Below the pieces are notes generated by a model. It was not told the DNA's origin. It saw only the letters and a list, made by a program, of their open reading frames with translations, and searched no databases. Below, in pieces: positions 28,612 to 39,200 of a stretch of DNA of 64,000 nt (positions are counted from its first letter, which is position 1; every line of letters starts with the position of its first letter). The position numbers and the translations under genes are program-made. This DNA is from an uncultured Myxococcales bacterium (lineage in GTDB: Bacteria; Myxococcota_A; UBA9042; CAIXZC01), in the NCBI GenBank assembly GCA_903895725.1, contig CAITUV010000008.1:67502-131501 (forward strand). The letters are read 5' to 3'.

Positions 28612-29820
28612 TCATGCCGCGGCCTCCAGCATCACGTGGGAGCGCTGCGGCTTGAGCAGTTCCATGGACTCGAGACTGAAGTACCGACGGCCTACGGCCC
28701 ACTCATCGTTCTGCTCCGTCAGCACCATCCCGATGAGACGAAGAGCAGACGCTGGGGTCGGGAAGATGCCGACGACGTCGGTCCGTCGGCGAATCTCGCG
28801 ATTGAGCCGTTCCAAGGGGTTGGTCGACCGTATCTGCCGCCAATGGGCCGCCGGGAAGGCCAGGTGTGTCAGCACGTCGTCCTCTCCGTCCCGCACCACC
28901 TTGGCCGCTTCCGGGAACTGGGCGTCCAGCACCTTCAATGCCTTGTCCATGGCGGCCTTCGCCTCTTCCATGCTCGTCTGTGCGAACACCGTCCGGAGCA
29001 GCGCAGCCACCATCCCCTGCGCCTTGCGCGGAACACGTGTCAGCGTGTTCCGCAGGAAATGCACGCTGCAGCGCTGCCAACTCACCCCGTTGAGCACGCC
29101 TCGAATCGCACGCTTCAGACCCGCATGGTTGTCCGAGATCACCAGCAGGACTCCTTTCAGACCCCGGGATACAAGGCTGCTGAGAAACGACCGCCAGGCG
29201 TCTTCCATCTCCCCTGCTGCCACCTGGCAGCCAAGGACCTCCCTCTCCCCGGTCTCGCTCACCCCGTACGCAACCAGCACGGCCTTCGACACAACCCTGT
29301 CGCCCTCCCGCACCTTGATGTACAGGGCATCCAGGAACACGTACGTGTACGCCATCGTCAGTGGTCGGTTGCGGAACTCATCCACCTGCCGGTCCAGCAC
29401 GCGGGCCATCCGAGACACCTCGCTCTTCGAGATCCCCTGTGCCCCCAGCGCCTTGACCAGCTCGTCCACCTTGCGAGTCGACACCCCCAGCACGTACGAT
29501 TCCGCTACCACGCTCACGAACGCCTTCTCCCACCGCCGCCGCGGCTCGAGGAACGTCGGGAAGTAGGACCCCTGCCGGAGTTTCGGAATGGCCAAGTCCA
29601 CTGTCCCCATCCGGGTCTCCATCGGCCTCTCCCGGTAGCCGTTTCTCCGGTTCACGCGCTCTCCGGTCCGCTCCCGGAGCCCAGCTCCGCAACGCCCCTC
29701 GACCTCCGCATCCATTACCCTCGTCAACGCATCCTTGAGCACCTGGCGCAGGAAGTCACCATGCTTCTCAACAAGCAACTTGCCGACCACGTTCGTCTCG
29801 TCTACCCTCTTCTTCGTCAT
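28612..29820 (-). CDS. IS256 (Mutator) family transposase
   Basis: RNGYRER, IPKLRQGSYFP, GVSTRKV, FLDA, ISD.H.GL, WQRC.VH, STNPLERLNREIRRRT. Confidence 0.96.
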   Translation of the reverse strand: MTKKRVDETNVVGKLLVEKHGDFLRQVLKDALTRVMDAEVEGRCGAGLRERTGERVNRRNGYRERPMETRMGTVDLAIPKLRQGSYFPTFLEPRRRWEKAFVSVVAESYVLGVSTRKVDELVKALGAQGISKSEVSRMARVLDRQVDEFRNRPLTMAYTYVFLDALYIKVREGDRVVSKAVLVAYGVSETGEREVLGCQVAAGEMEDAWRSFLSSLVSRGLKGVLLVISDNHAGLKRAIRGVLNGVSWQRCSVHFLRNTLTRVPRKAQGMVAALLRTVFAQTSMEEAKAAMDKALKVLDAQFPEAAKVVRDGEDDVLTHLAFPAAHWRQIRSTNPLERLNREIRRRTDVVGIFPTPASALRLIGMVLTEQNDEWAVGRRYFSLESMELLKPQRSHVMLEAAA

Positions 29821-31183
29821 CGTGTCCCCCTTTCAAAGGCTAGCTCTTACAACTGCCTTCTAAAGGAGGAACCGGTGACCCTTCAACTACGAACGCTCAA
29901 ACGCTCGTACACCACTTCCCGGGATTCTATCGTGGCAGCGTAGCGGCTCGACATCCAATCGCCCCAGGCGGACGCCCCGACGAGAGGATCCTGCCGCCGG
30001 GAATCCGTGAGAGCGGCCCAGAATAGCCCTTGGGCGGCAAGCGAGAGCAACTCGTTTCGCTGATACTGGGCCCAGTGCAAACGCATGGCTTCGAGGGCCG
30101 GAGGGAGTGACCATGTGCTGCCGTCAGGCAAGGCTCCAGAGTAGACCCCGGACCGGAAGCGCTCCACGTCGAGCACTCGTGCTGCGCTGGGTTCCCCGGA
30201 ATCCGGGCGGCCCGCAAGATCCAGGATCAACCCCAAAGAGAGGCGGCGCTCCTCGTGCCCTCGAGAGTCTGGAGCGAACACCGTTCCCGGGCGCTGAGTG
30301 AACAGGTCCACCAGGGTGCCGTGCTCGCGCGACCCTGGAGAGAGATGGCAAGGGCAGAACTCCGCGAGTGCATCGAGAGCAGCCCAGTCGACGCGGTCGC
30401 GACGGAGTATGTCGAAGAACGCCGAGCGGTCTACGCCGACATCCATCGCCTCCGCAAGATAGCTGCCTCGTTCCGCCGTGTATCCGACCTTCACTCCCTT
30501 CGCTACGTCCCGGCTCAGTACACCGAGAAGTTCCAAGGAGCCACGGTAGTACTGGCCGAGCCCCCCCAATGGGTTCAGGAAGTAGCGAGTGTTGGCTCGG
30601 TTCTCATCTTGGTGGGCATAGTCCGAAAGGCGGACTTCGCCGCCAGCACTGCGCAAGTGCTCGACAACGGGGCCGAGGGTGACACTGCCGACCAACCGAT
30701 CTCCGTGCATTCTCCCGTCAGCCCCTGCCGCGTGACCGTGTGCGATCCCAACGAGTGCGAACAGGCACTCGGCACGCCGAACGTAGTCCACGACAACGTC
30801 GCTCGCCAGCGACACGCCCGATGTCTCCAGGGACCACAGCAGCCATGGGTAGAAGCTGTAGTAACGAGCGCGGTCCGTGACGTTCGTGATGCCGGGCAGC
30901 AGCAACCCATAAAGGTGCTCGCAGACGGCGCGGGTTGCCAGGTGGTCTTGACCCGTCGCCTGGTTCGGTGGCTTGACCCAGTGGGTCGTAATCATGCACG
31001 GCTCCCCTGGTCCTGGCAGTGCCCCATTGCGGGTTCAATCCGGCTCGACCGTCATCGATTCATACACCGAACGGAGATTGCGATCCAGGACAGCGCTCGC
31101 ACAACCAGTGCCTCGTCCTCGCGTGCCCCGGCGTCCAACCGTTCGCGGGGCTCGACATCCGGTGTCCTGCCATCCTCGCTCGT

Positions 31184-31495
31184 CTATCGCCCGTGCGCAT
31201 CCCGTCGACGCTGGACATCGTCGATGTCCTTCTTGGTCGTCCTGATGACACGATAGGGACCGTCGCACACGACATGGCCCTCGGGCACCGCGAGCCCGTC
31301 CTCATGCGGCACCGGCAGGTCGTGCTCCACCGCCCAACCACGCGCCGAAGCCATCTGCTCGAGGTGGGCCATCCAGTGCCAAGCATTGCGCGTGTTGAAC
31401 CCGTCGAACGAACCAACGACAATCGAGTATGCCCCTGGCGATTCTGCCATGTGCGCGTCGTACTCCTGCCGAAACGAGGCCGGCTTGAACTGCAC
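31184..31495 (-). CDS. Small hypothetical protein
   Basis: Co-oriented with its neighbours; no motif recognised. Confidence 0.35.
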   Translation of the reverse strand: MQFKPASFRQEYDAHMAESPGAYSIVVGSFDGFNTRNAWHWMAHLEQMASARGWAVEHDLPVPHEDGLAVPEGHVVCDGPYRVIRTTKKDIDDVQRRRDAHGR

Positions 31496-31626
31496 CCCGG
31501 TCAGCGGGCGGTCGGGGCTCGTCCCGGTGAAGATTACCGTGGTCCTACGCGTTGCAAGGCGGGGTCGGCTGAACGGTTACATAGCTCCGACACTTGGCGA
31601 GAAGACGTAAGTGCCAGCGGACACTC

Positions 31627-33624
31627 TCATGCTGGGGATCTCTTGCCTTGAGCCTTGCGCCGGCCTCCACCTGTCGCCCGTCTTGGCCTTGTCTTGCGGC
31701 TCCGGTGCTCGGAGCTGGGCGGGGTCACTCCCGTGTCTACGGACAGAGACCCCACCAGGTGCCGCAACGGAACAGGGGTCCGGAAGACCTTGCACGCCAT
31801 GCGGTCGATGCAGGAATACCCCCATTCCTCAGCCGTCGTTTTCGAGCTGCTTCCAAGATGAAAGGCTTCGAAGTCCTTCTGAAACCCATTCAAGCCAGCA
31901 ACAAGGTCATGGACCCTTGTCATTCCCCCAAACTTGATCTCCCGAACGTACAGCTCCGTCGCGTAGCTCTCCTGGGGGCGCCAAGATTGGCAGCATATTT
32001 CCTTCGAGCCACCGGACTGGCCGCCCGCCTCTGCCGGACGCCCTTGAACAAGCGCCTGCACGATGGACGGGTCGGGGACTTGTCCGGCCGAAGAGGCGGC
32101 GTAGACGGCCAGCGGAACTATGGTTGAGGCCGAGTCACTGTACCATGCAGGAAGCCGGCTCCGGGTGGAGTGGGCCTCGACCAGAACCCGGAGGTCGCTC
32201 GTTCGATATGGCAGACACGCCTTTTGCCCGGCGGCAGGCATGGGGAAGCCTCCGATGCGGCGAATCAACATCCTCTGCAGAAGCTTCGAGGCCGACATGC
32301 CCACAATCTCACGATGTCCGAGCCGGCCCCAGAGTTCCCATACCATGGCAATCTCGATCTCCTGGTCGTTCGTCACCGGCTGGAGGACCCCGCCCTCATT
32401 GCTGTCCCACAACCGCTCCAAGATGAGCCCCAGTTCCTCCGCCTCCTCCACCCTTCCTAGTTCCAGCAAGGCTAACCCTGCCGTCGCGAGGTACCCTGAG
32501 AGCCGCAGTGCTCTGAGTGGGTAGTCGACTACATCTCCAGGGGAACCCAGCGCGAGTCCATACGGAATGTCAGCGATCGTGGAGAGCTTCCCAGCCAACG
32601 CGGACGCTTGCAGAATGTACTGTTCGACAAGCTTCTCCAAGCATTGCCGAATGGACCGTCTAACTGAGGCATGGCTGCGGGAAGTCGGAAGCCTGCGGAC
32701 ATGCTCCATGGCCCTGCACAGGACGCGTTCGATCCCATCAAGAACGGGCAACGTCGTTTCGTGGGCAGAGAACTTCGCCTCAGCGGCCAACATCGAGCAG
32801 AACAGAGCCAACTCGCTGAGAGCCCTGTTCACTCGAAGGGGCTCGGTGGCAGGCCCCTCCGGCAATCCCTCAGAGTCCAACTCGACCGTGGGCTCTCCCC
32901 CCCTCTGCAGCGGAAGGGCTTGGTCCAGCAGTTGGTCGACGGCCGTCAAGTCAAACGCCCGCCCCAAGTCGTCCCGAGCGAGCGAATCCAGAGCCAGCCT
33001 AGCGAACGGGCGAACTGACGGCGGAAAGAGATCAGAATCACCTCTATCTGCAAACGGGCATCCCTGGTCGGTCTTGATGCTCATGGACAACTCCACGAGC
33101 GCATCCGCATCCCACCAGGCGGTCTTCACGCCGTAATTCCTCTCCATGGAGTCACGAGTCGTCTTCACTTGGGAACCAAGTGCCTCCGAATCGAGATCGC
33201 CGTTGTGGACCGCCACAACCACGATGTCCCCCAACCTATTATTTGACAAGACGTGGCGGTCAATGTCCGACTTCAGTAACCCAGCGGCGAGCATCAGATC
33301 ATGGGGCAAACTTCCAGGTGTCTGCGGACTCCACTGCTGCCGTCCCACGTCTCCGTGCTTCAGTACGAAAAGGTAAGCATCGTTCACTTTGGCCGACACT
33401 GGCTTCGAAGCAATTATGTCCACTCCCCATTGCGGCCGCCCAGCGCTTTTCCGGAGAAAGCGACCAAAGTGCTTGTACGAATGTAAATGCACCCGGTATC
33501 CGAGCTTCGGCAAGAGCCAGTCCATGAACGTGCCGATATCCTGAAGGTGCTGAGGGGCGTCCCCCGCCAGCTCCCTTTCTGCAAGAGACCTCACATACTG
33601 GTCAAGGAAGCTTCGCATCTGCAC
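31627..33624 (-). CDS. Hypothetical protein with N-terminal restriction-endonuclease-like (PD-(D/E)XK/Mrr-like) region
   Basis: 'LLPKLGY...QWGVDIIA...YLFVLKHGD' resembles an Mrr-like core; helical C-terminus. Confidence 0.55.
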   Translation of the reverse strand: MQMRSFLDQYVRSLAERELAGDAPQHLQDIGTFMDWLLPKLGYRVHLHSYKHFGRFLRKSAGRPQWGVDIIASKPVSAKVNDAYLFVLKHGDVGRQQWSPQTPGSLPHDLMLAAGLLKSDIDRHVLSNNRLGDIVVVAVHNGDLDSEALGSQVKTTRDSMERNYGVKTAWWDADALVELSMSIKTDQGCPFADRGDSDLFPPSVRPFARLALDSLARDDLGRAFDLTAVDQLLDQALPLQRGGEPTVELDSEGLPEGPATEPLRVNRALSELALFCSMLAAEAKFSAHETTLPVLDGIERVLCRAMEHVRRLPTSRSHASVRRSIRQCLEKLVEQYILQASALAGKLSTIADIPYGLALGSPGDVVDYPLRALRLSGYLATAGLALLELGRVEEAEELGLILERLWDSNEGGVLQPVTNDQEIEIAMVWELWGRLGHREIVGMSASKLLQRMLIRRIGGFPMPAAGQKACLPYRTSDLRVLVEAHSTRSRLPAWYSDSASTIVPLAVYAASSAGQVPDPSIVQALVQGRPAEAGGQSGGSKEICCQSWRPQESYATELYVREIKFGGMTRVHDLVAGLNGFQKDFEAFHLGSSSKTTAEEWGYSCIDRMACKVFRTPVPLRHLVGSLSVDTGVTPPSSEHRSRKTRPRRATGGGRRKAQGKRSPA

Positions 33625-35734
33625 CCCCTGGAGACCGCGATGAATTCAGAAGCAAGTCGGCCTGCTTCAAATGCCACACCCGGCTCAACCTGTGAGAGAT
33701 GGGGTCAAGCGATGCCCTCCCTGGCCACTCCAACACATGGCCAACAGACTTGAGGTCTATGCGGGTGTTTGTCCCAGAGAGCTCCGCCGACAACCCTCGG
33801 ATGATGGGCACCTTCCTTGCAAGCGTAGAGAAGATATGCCGGCCGGACTGCTCTTCTCTCTCACATGCCTCTTGAAGAGACCTCTTCCACATTTCTTCCC
33901 AAATCGCGCTCGAAGGGGTGGTGCCCACCAACTCTGGAATCTCCCGCTTGCGCCTATGGCCTTCTTTCCTCGAAGCGAGCAGAGCCAATATGGCCGCCTT
34001 TGCATCGGCCAGGGCATGTTCGGGCGAACCGACGGGGATCGATTCAGAGGCATCCGGCCACCGCCCCATGTGCCTTTCAAGCAGCCCTGGGTAGTCTTCT
34101 GCAGCATCTTCGGCCAGCACCTCGTAGACAACCCCGAGTGCCTCAGGCCTATCCATGCCAAGCTGGACGGCCAGAGGGATCCATGTCTCGCCTGGCAGTC
34201 CACTGCCAGCTAACTGATGTGCAATCGCTCCTCCCTGCTGGGCAGTTACACTGCGGAATGCGCCTTCGGGCACCCACCCGCTCCGAGCCCTTTTCGCCAG
34301 AAACGGCAGCGCTGCCTTACGAAGGTTGGCATTCCCCGACGTAAGGAAGGCCACCAGCCACTCGGCCTCGCCCTCTTCGCCGAGGGTGTGGGTCAGACAG
34401 GGAAACAGATCTTCAAGATACTGCAGACGGCTGCTCAGGCTTGCCTCGTTCGCTGCCAACCAGTTCCCCATGAACTCCCGAGCAGGCTCCTTCCATGAGC
34501 CTCCATCTTTCACCAGTTCATTGAGGAACCAGTCCAGCTTGCCCATCTCATCCGGCGTGATGAGACCGGCCCATTCGAGAATGTCCGAGACCTGCGGAAT
34601 CTGCCCCAGGGCGCTCCCCCCCGAGTTTGTGAGAGCCTTCCCGCTTCCACGGATCCGTCTGACCGCCTGCCAGGCGATCGCTGTAAGATACAAACTCCAC
34701 TTCTTCCGATTCTCGGCTGAATCGTGCATCCTTCTTGGTGCAGTACGAACAACCTCAAGTGCCGTGTCCAGGGACTCGACCGGCCATGAGCGAGCGTCCC
34801 TGAACATGGCAGCAAGGGCCACAAGCACCAGGCGCTCGGGGCAGCGCTCAACATGGCCTCGGAGACGCTCATGGCGCACGCCCGCTGGCGGCACAGGATG
34901 TGGCCAGGCGAAGCACGAGAGCTTGGCCGCGAGCTCCCACTGCTCTCCGTCGTTGCTCGACGAAAGTCTTTCTACAACGGCGTCTCGCCACGGCAGAAGG
35001 TCCGGCGAGTTGCGCAGTGCCGCTTCCACGAGAAGCTGCACACCCGAGCAGGAAAGAGCCGAAGCTGTCGGGTCCGCTCCCGCGAGCCACGAGGCCACCG
35101 CGGCCTTCGCAACGTCTGGGTGCAGAGCAGCCCAATCGGATATCGGCTCGATGATGTCCGGACCAGCCATGTCCCCGCCAGCGAAAGTGAGGGCTCGTGC
35201 GACGAGCACAGCCAGTTCATCCTGCGTCAATTCGAGGGACGACAGCACAGACGGTCCTCCATGCACCAAGGCGCCAAAGCCCGACCAGTCATCAATGGTG
35301 CCAAACAGCCTGAGGCGATGCTCTTTGTCTCCACCCTGCAGCAACCCGCGGAGGATGGCGACTGGCAACTCTATGTCGAAGGGGTATTTGTAGACAGACT
35401 CGCCAGCGGGCTTGACGCGACTCGTTGATGTCGAGAGCGGATGTTTGACTTCCGTCAGTGTGTGCCCCAGGTATGCCGTGGCTGCCTTGAGCATGCCGAG
35501 CCACTGGTCGCCATGGGAGAGGAAATGCTGAACGGATGGAGCAGCAACGGCAGCCAGGGTTGCGAGATACTGGTCACGCTCCGTCGGGAGAGCCGACACG
35601 AGTCCATCCAGGATGTGCTGCGACGAGTCCAGGTCCCGCTCGCACGATGGCGGCTCCGCCACGGACGTCACGAGGAACGAGAGGACTTCTTGGCCGAGCT
35701 CTGTAAGCAACTCGGAATTGACGTGGACGCTCAT
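33602..35734 (-). CDS. Large alpha-helical hypothetical protein
   Basis: About 710 aa; overlaps the downstream gene; start MSVHV with RBS GAAGGA. Confidence 0.7.
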   Translation of the reverse strand: MSVHVNSELLTELGQEVLSFLVTSVAEPPSCERDLDSSQHILDGLVSALPTERDQYLATLAAVAAPSVQHFLSHGDQWLGMLKAATAYLGHTLTEVKHPLSTSTSRVKPAGESVYKYPFDIELPVAILRGLLQGGDKEHRLRLFGTIDDWSGFGALVHGGPSVLSSLELTQDELAVLVARALTFAGGDMAGPDIIEPISDWAALHPDVAKAAVASWLAGADPTASALSCSGVQLLVEAALRNSPDLLPWRDAVVERLSSSNDGEQWELAAKLSCFAWPHPVPPAGVRHERLRGHVERCPERLVLVALAAMFRDARSWPVESLDTALEVVRTAPRRMHDSAENRKKWSLYLTAIAWQAVRRIRGSGKALTNSGGSALGQIPQVSDILEWAGLITPDEMGKLDWFLNELVKDGGSWKEPAREFMGNWLAANEASLSSRLQYLEDLFPCLTHTLGEEGEAEWLVAFLTSGNANLRKAALPFLAKRARSGWVPEGAFRSVTAQQGGAIAHQLAGSGLPGETWIPLAVQLGMDRPEALGVVYEVLAEDAAEDYPGLLERHMGRWPDASESIPVGSPEHALADAKAAILALLASRKEGHRRKREIPELVGTTPSSAIWEEMWKRSLQEACEREEQSGRHIFSTLARKVPIIRGLSAELSGTNTRIDLKSVGHVLEWPGRASLDPISHRLSRVWHLKQADLLLNSSRSPGGADAKLP

Positions 35735-35867
35735 TGTTCTGTCCTTCTCTCCGAAATGCACTTGTCAAACCCCAACTCAGGTAGCGCTCCCTTGGTATCC
35801 TCCCGCGTCTGCCCCATCACAGCGTCTGGGGTTGCTTCCTCCATCGTGACCCTCGACTTTCCCCCGC

Positions 35868-37367
35868 TCACCGGCGACTCCGCGACGGCGCTGGCCCGGT
35901 ATAGCCGATCGCCCTCTTGAACTCGGCCACGTGCTCGTGGCTGTGCGGGATCGTGTCGAATCCGGAGAATGCGTCGACCAGAGCCAGCCTGGTAACTTCT
36001 ATCCCGTCGTCACGGGATAACAAGCCGCCCTGCAGAAGCGACAGCACAAGAACACGAGCGTATGGCACCGTCTCGGGGCGCGCCCGCAGGTCGAAGAACG
36101 TGCTGATCGCCCGCCTCAGAAAGTACGCCTTCGTCCTGGGAGCCATTCTTGCGGCTCTCGCAACGTGATGGACGCATTGACCTAGTGCAAGAATAGCGCT
36201 CTTGGGAATGTTCCCGTTCTCGTGGTCGAGCGTCTCTCTCTGGAGTTTGACGTTGGCCTGCCCGGCGGGTACCTCCGTCGTCTCCTTGATCCAACCGCGC
36301 AGAACCGAGAAGACCTCGCTGGTGATGTAGTCGTAGCGAAGAGGCCACTCGGTGTCGGGGGAATACTCCCTATCAGCCTCGGGGTAGTAGTTATTGCAAA
36401 TGCGCTCCACGATGTCCTGTAGGTAGAACAAGAACATGTGCCACTCGTGGCCCTGGTACAACGCCTCCATTACCATAATGTCAAATATGCGGACTGTCGC
36501 GAACAGAGGCGACGACCATCTTCCGTCCTCATGGAAGTCGCCCAGAACCCGGTTGTATGGGTCCTGTGCGGGCGTGAGCCGAAAGCGGTCCAGATCCTCA
36601 AGTGCCGCCAAGGCAAGGGGATTCCAAACATGGTGCTGATACGCGATCTTCACGTCGTGGAACAGGTAGTGCAGGATGCGATTGCGGCTCGGCACTTCGT
36701 ATCGGTCGCCCTGAGCCAGATTCTCGTTGTCCCGGAGCTCCGCGTAAAGAACGCTCCCCGGGTTCGAGACGAGCCACCGCATCCAGTTCTCGAAGAACGG
36801 CTCCTGCATCGTGGTGTCATGTCCGGCCAGCTTCAGCCCGAAGTAGGGTCGCCGTCTGGCCGTTTCGTTGGCGAACAGAGGGTCTCCGAGCAGGCGGTTG
36901 AGCGATTGGACAACGGTCAGCGTGCCCTCGTCCATCTTTGGCTTCCCACGGCGGTCGCACAATGGCATGAGCCGGTCCAGATTCTCCTCGAGCAGGGAAT
37001 GAAGGTCAGAGTAGTTGCCCGATTGAGCGAGATCCTCCACCAGGTCTCGGAAGCGGGGGCCGTTCTTCCCGGAGAGACCGGGGCCCGCCAACTTCCACCA
37101 GAGGATTCCGAGTGTCGCTATGCACGTTAGAAACGCAGCGACGGATGGGGACAGGCCCAAGCGGCCGAGCTCCAAACCTGGAATGATGCAGCCAGCCGGC
37201 AGGTCTTCAAACAACACGAAGTAGCTGGCCAGCACGAATCCACACCCCGCGACGAGGATGTCAGACCACTGCACTCGCATCCTCAGCTCGAGTCGGCGGT
37301 GACGGGGAAGGACGGCGTACACAGCAAAGACGAGCCCGACGAGGGTGAGAAGGCTATCGACGCTCAT
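35868..37367 (-). CDS. Hypothetical membrane protein (N-terminal TM helices)
   Basis: Three hydrophobic segments in the first ~90 aa, then a soluble helical domain. Confidence 0.7.
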   Translation of the reverse strand: MSVDSLLTLVGLVFAVYAVLPRHRRLELRMRVQWSDILVAGCGFVLASYFVLFEDLPAGCIIPGLELGRLGLSPSVAAFLTCIATLGILWWKLAGPGLSGKNGPRFRDLVEDLAQSGNYSDLHSLLEENLDRLMPLCDRRGKPKMDEGTLTVVQSLNRLLGDPLFANETARRRPYFGLKLAGHDTTMQEPFFENWMRWLVSNPGSVLYAELRDNENLAQGDRYEVPSRNRILHYLFHDVKIAYQHHVWNPLALAALEDLDRFRLTPAQDPYNRVLGDFHEDGRWSSPLFATVRIFDIMVMEALYQGHEWHMFLFYLQDIVERICNNYYPEADREYSPDTEWPLRYDYITSEVFSVLRGWIKETTEVPAGQANVKLQRETLDHENGNIPKSAILALGQCVHHVARAARMAPRTKAYFLRRAISTFFDLRARPETVPYARVLVLSLLQGGLLSRDDGIEVTRLALVDAFSGFDTIPHSHEHVAEFKRAIGYTGPAPSRSRR

Positions 37368-37466
37368 GGAAGCACCACGACGATCAGCACCCTGGCGGGC
37401 CGGAACGAGAACCCTGTCGGAAGTGAGAAAACGCTCAACTGCTGTTGCCAGCCGTTCGCTGCCATC

Positions 37467-39022
37467 TTACTCCTCAATCAGTCCCAACTCCCTCAGCGGC
37501 TCAAGTACCCCGTTCTCCAGCTTGCCCTTGTCCATGGGCTTCGGCGCGTTGACCTTCACAGTGACGTGCACGTGGCCGGCAAGGTCGGCCAGGTTCGCGA
37601 TAGCGTTCCAGGCCGAGTAGAGAGCGTTCCGGTCTGCAACGAACTCGATGTCCAGATCTTTGACCCCAGTGGTGGCGCCTCCGCCTCCCGTCGGTCCTCC
37701 GCCCGTGCCGGTACCGGTCGTCACCCCGGGCTGTGGTGGGGTCCCACCGCCAGACCCGGTTCCTGTCACCGGAGGTTGTGGCGCTGTCCCATCTGTCGTT
37801 GGTGGTGGGGTGGTGCCACCAATATGCACCTCGGGTTTCTGGGGGAAGGCGGACGGCGCGATGAGGAAGCCCGAGTCGAGGTCGATTTCGTCCAGGAGGA
37901 CCGTTCGGCCGACGGTCACGCGAGCGTGGTCAGCCAGGTATCGGCCGTCCGGGCCGAGCTGAGGGGACCCCATGATGTATCCGAAGTGCCCGTCAGCGAT
38001 GCCCTTCTGGATGGCGCCACGAACCACCCCTTCGTTGGCCAGTCGCGGGAATCCCAGGAAGGAGAAGAAGCCACTGACCACGTCTGCGGTGCGGATGCCT
38101 GGCTTGGGCGCGTCGCCGGAGCCCAGGTTGAAGAGTGTGGCCAGCTTCCCAGGAGCTACCCGGTCGAAGACCTTCTTCTGTACCACGGTCACGAGCTCCA
38201 TTACCCGTTCGTGGATCATAGCCTTCTTCTTCTCGCTCAGCGTGACCTGCAGGGGCCTCCCGCCCACCGCTACCTTCTCGATGCCGACCGTGCCGCCGTC
38301 GGCGTGCGGGAACCACACCTCGGCATACAACCGGAGCAACGCGGACTCCGCCGCGGCCTTCTCGGTAGAATCGCGCTCCTTGAGCTGCTCCTTCTGCGCA
38401 TCGGTGAGGTTGATCTGCTTCGCTTTGCCCCGGACCTGCTCGATGGCCAGCAAGTACCGCACGGCGCGTCGCAGTCCTTCGATCTGATCCTCTGCGGGCA
38501 CGGCGAGTCCCAACCCGTTCCTGAATTCCCGCTGCTTGCTTCCCGCCCGTTCGAAGTACTCTGCCGCCTCTACCTGCCTCGACGATTTCTCCCCGAAGTC
38601 GAACGGGAGATAGGCAACGAGGAACGATGTGTCTCGGTCCGGGATATCAGCGGGCTTCGTAGGCCAAACGATGGCGTTGCGATGACCCGCCAGCCGGTCC
38701 TCGAGGATCTCCTTGATCTTCTTGTCGACCTTGTCCGCGTCCCGGGCGACCAAGTCGGCCTCCTGCTCCACGAGCAGGGTGACGTTGGGGTCCTTCTTGA
38801 AGCAGTACCGGGCCCCGTCGAAGTGGAGGTACAGGCACTGTTCCTTCAGCTCCTTGAGGCAAGCCTGCGCCGTCGTGCTATCCAGGTCCGGACCAACGCA
38901 CGCGATCATCAGCTCCGCCTCGGTAATACCTGGAGGCAGCAGGTCGCCTTCTCCTCCTCCGTCCCTCTTGAGACCGCCGAAGGAGTACATCAGGATCGCT
39001 GTGGCCAGACGCGTTGCGGGCC
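37467..39022 (-). pseudogene. 3' half of a DUF499-family ATPase gene
   Basis: 'LATAILMYSFGG..CLYLHFDGARYCF...PN' and terminal 'LENGVLEPLRELG'; the N-terminal Walker region is absent. Confidence 0.7.
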
Positions 39023-39200
39023 GGCCCGCAAAGAGATTGCGCCACGAGCCGGAGCTGCTCCAAGTTGACCTCGGACTTCCTGATGAACTCCGGAAGCTCA
39101 GCCGGTGCGTTGTCCACCAGCCACAAGAGCCTGTGAAGGACATCAATGAGCGGGGCAGGGACCCCGTCGGATGCATGACCGAGGCCTTCCCTGATCTCCG
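39022..39200 (-). pseudogene. Short C-terminal fragment of a DUF1156-type methylase
   Basis: 'PAPLIDVLHRLLWL...EQLRLVAQSLCGP', fused out of frame to the DUF499 fragment. Confidence 0.5.

Larger units (their letters stand above)
28428..29931 (-). mobile_element. IS256-family insertion sequence, 1504 bp
   Basis: Imperfect terminal IRs AGTAGCGTCCCGTCAAATGGTGT / GATAGAATCCCGGGAAGTGGTGT; 9-bp direct repeat GTGGCAGCG at 28419-28427 and 29932-29940. Confidence 0.93.
27797..30995 (-). pseudogene. Hypothetical defence-associated gene (about 561 aa reconstructed) interrupted by IS256
   Basis: Removing the IS and one TSD copy joins ...MSSRYAAT to LGAGGDTW... in frame; N-terminus has D.L....L.PGITNVTDRARYY.F.PW (DUF6361-like, tentative). 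Confidence 0.8.
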
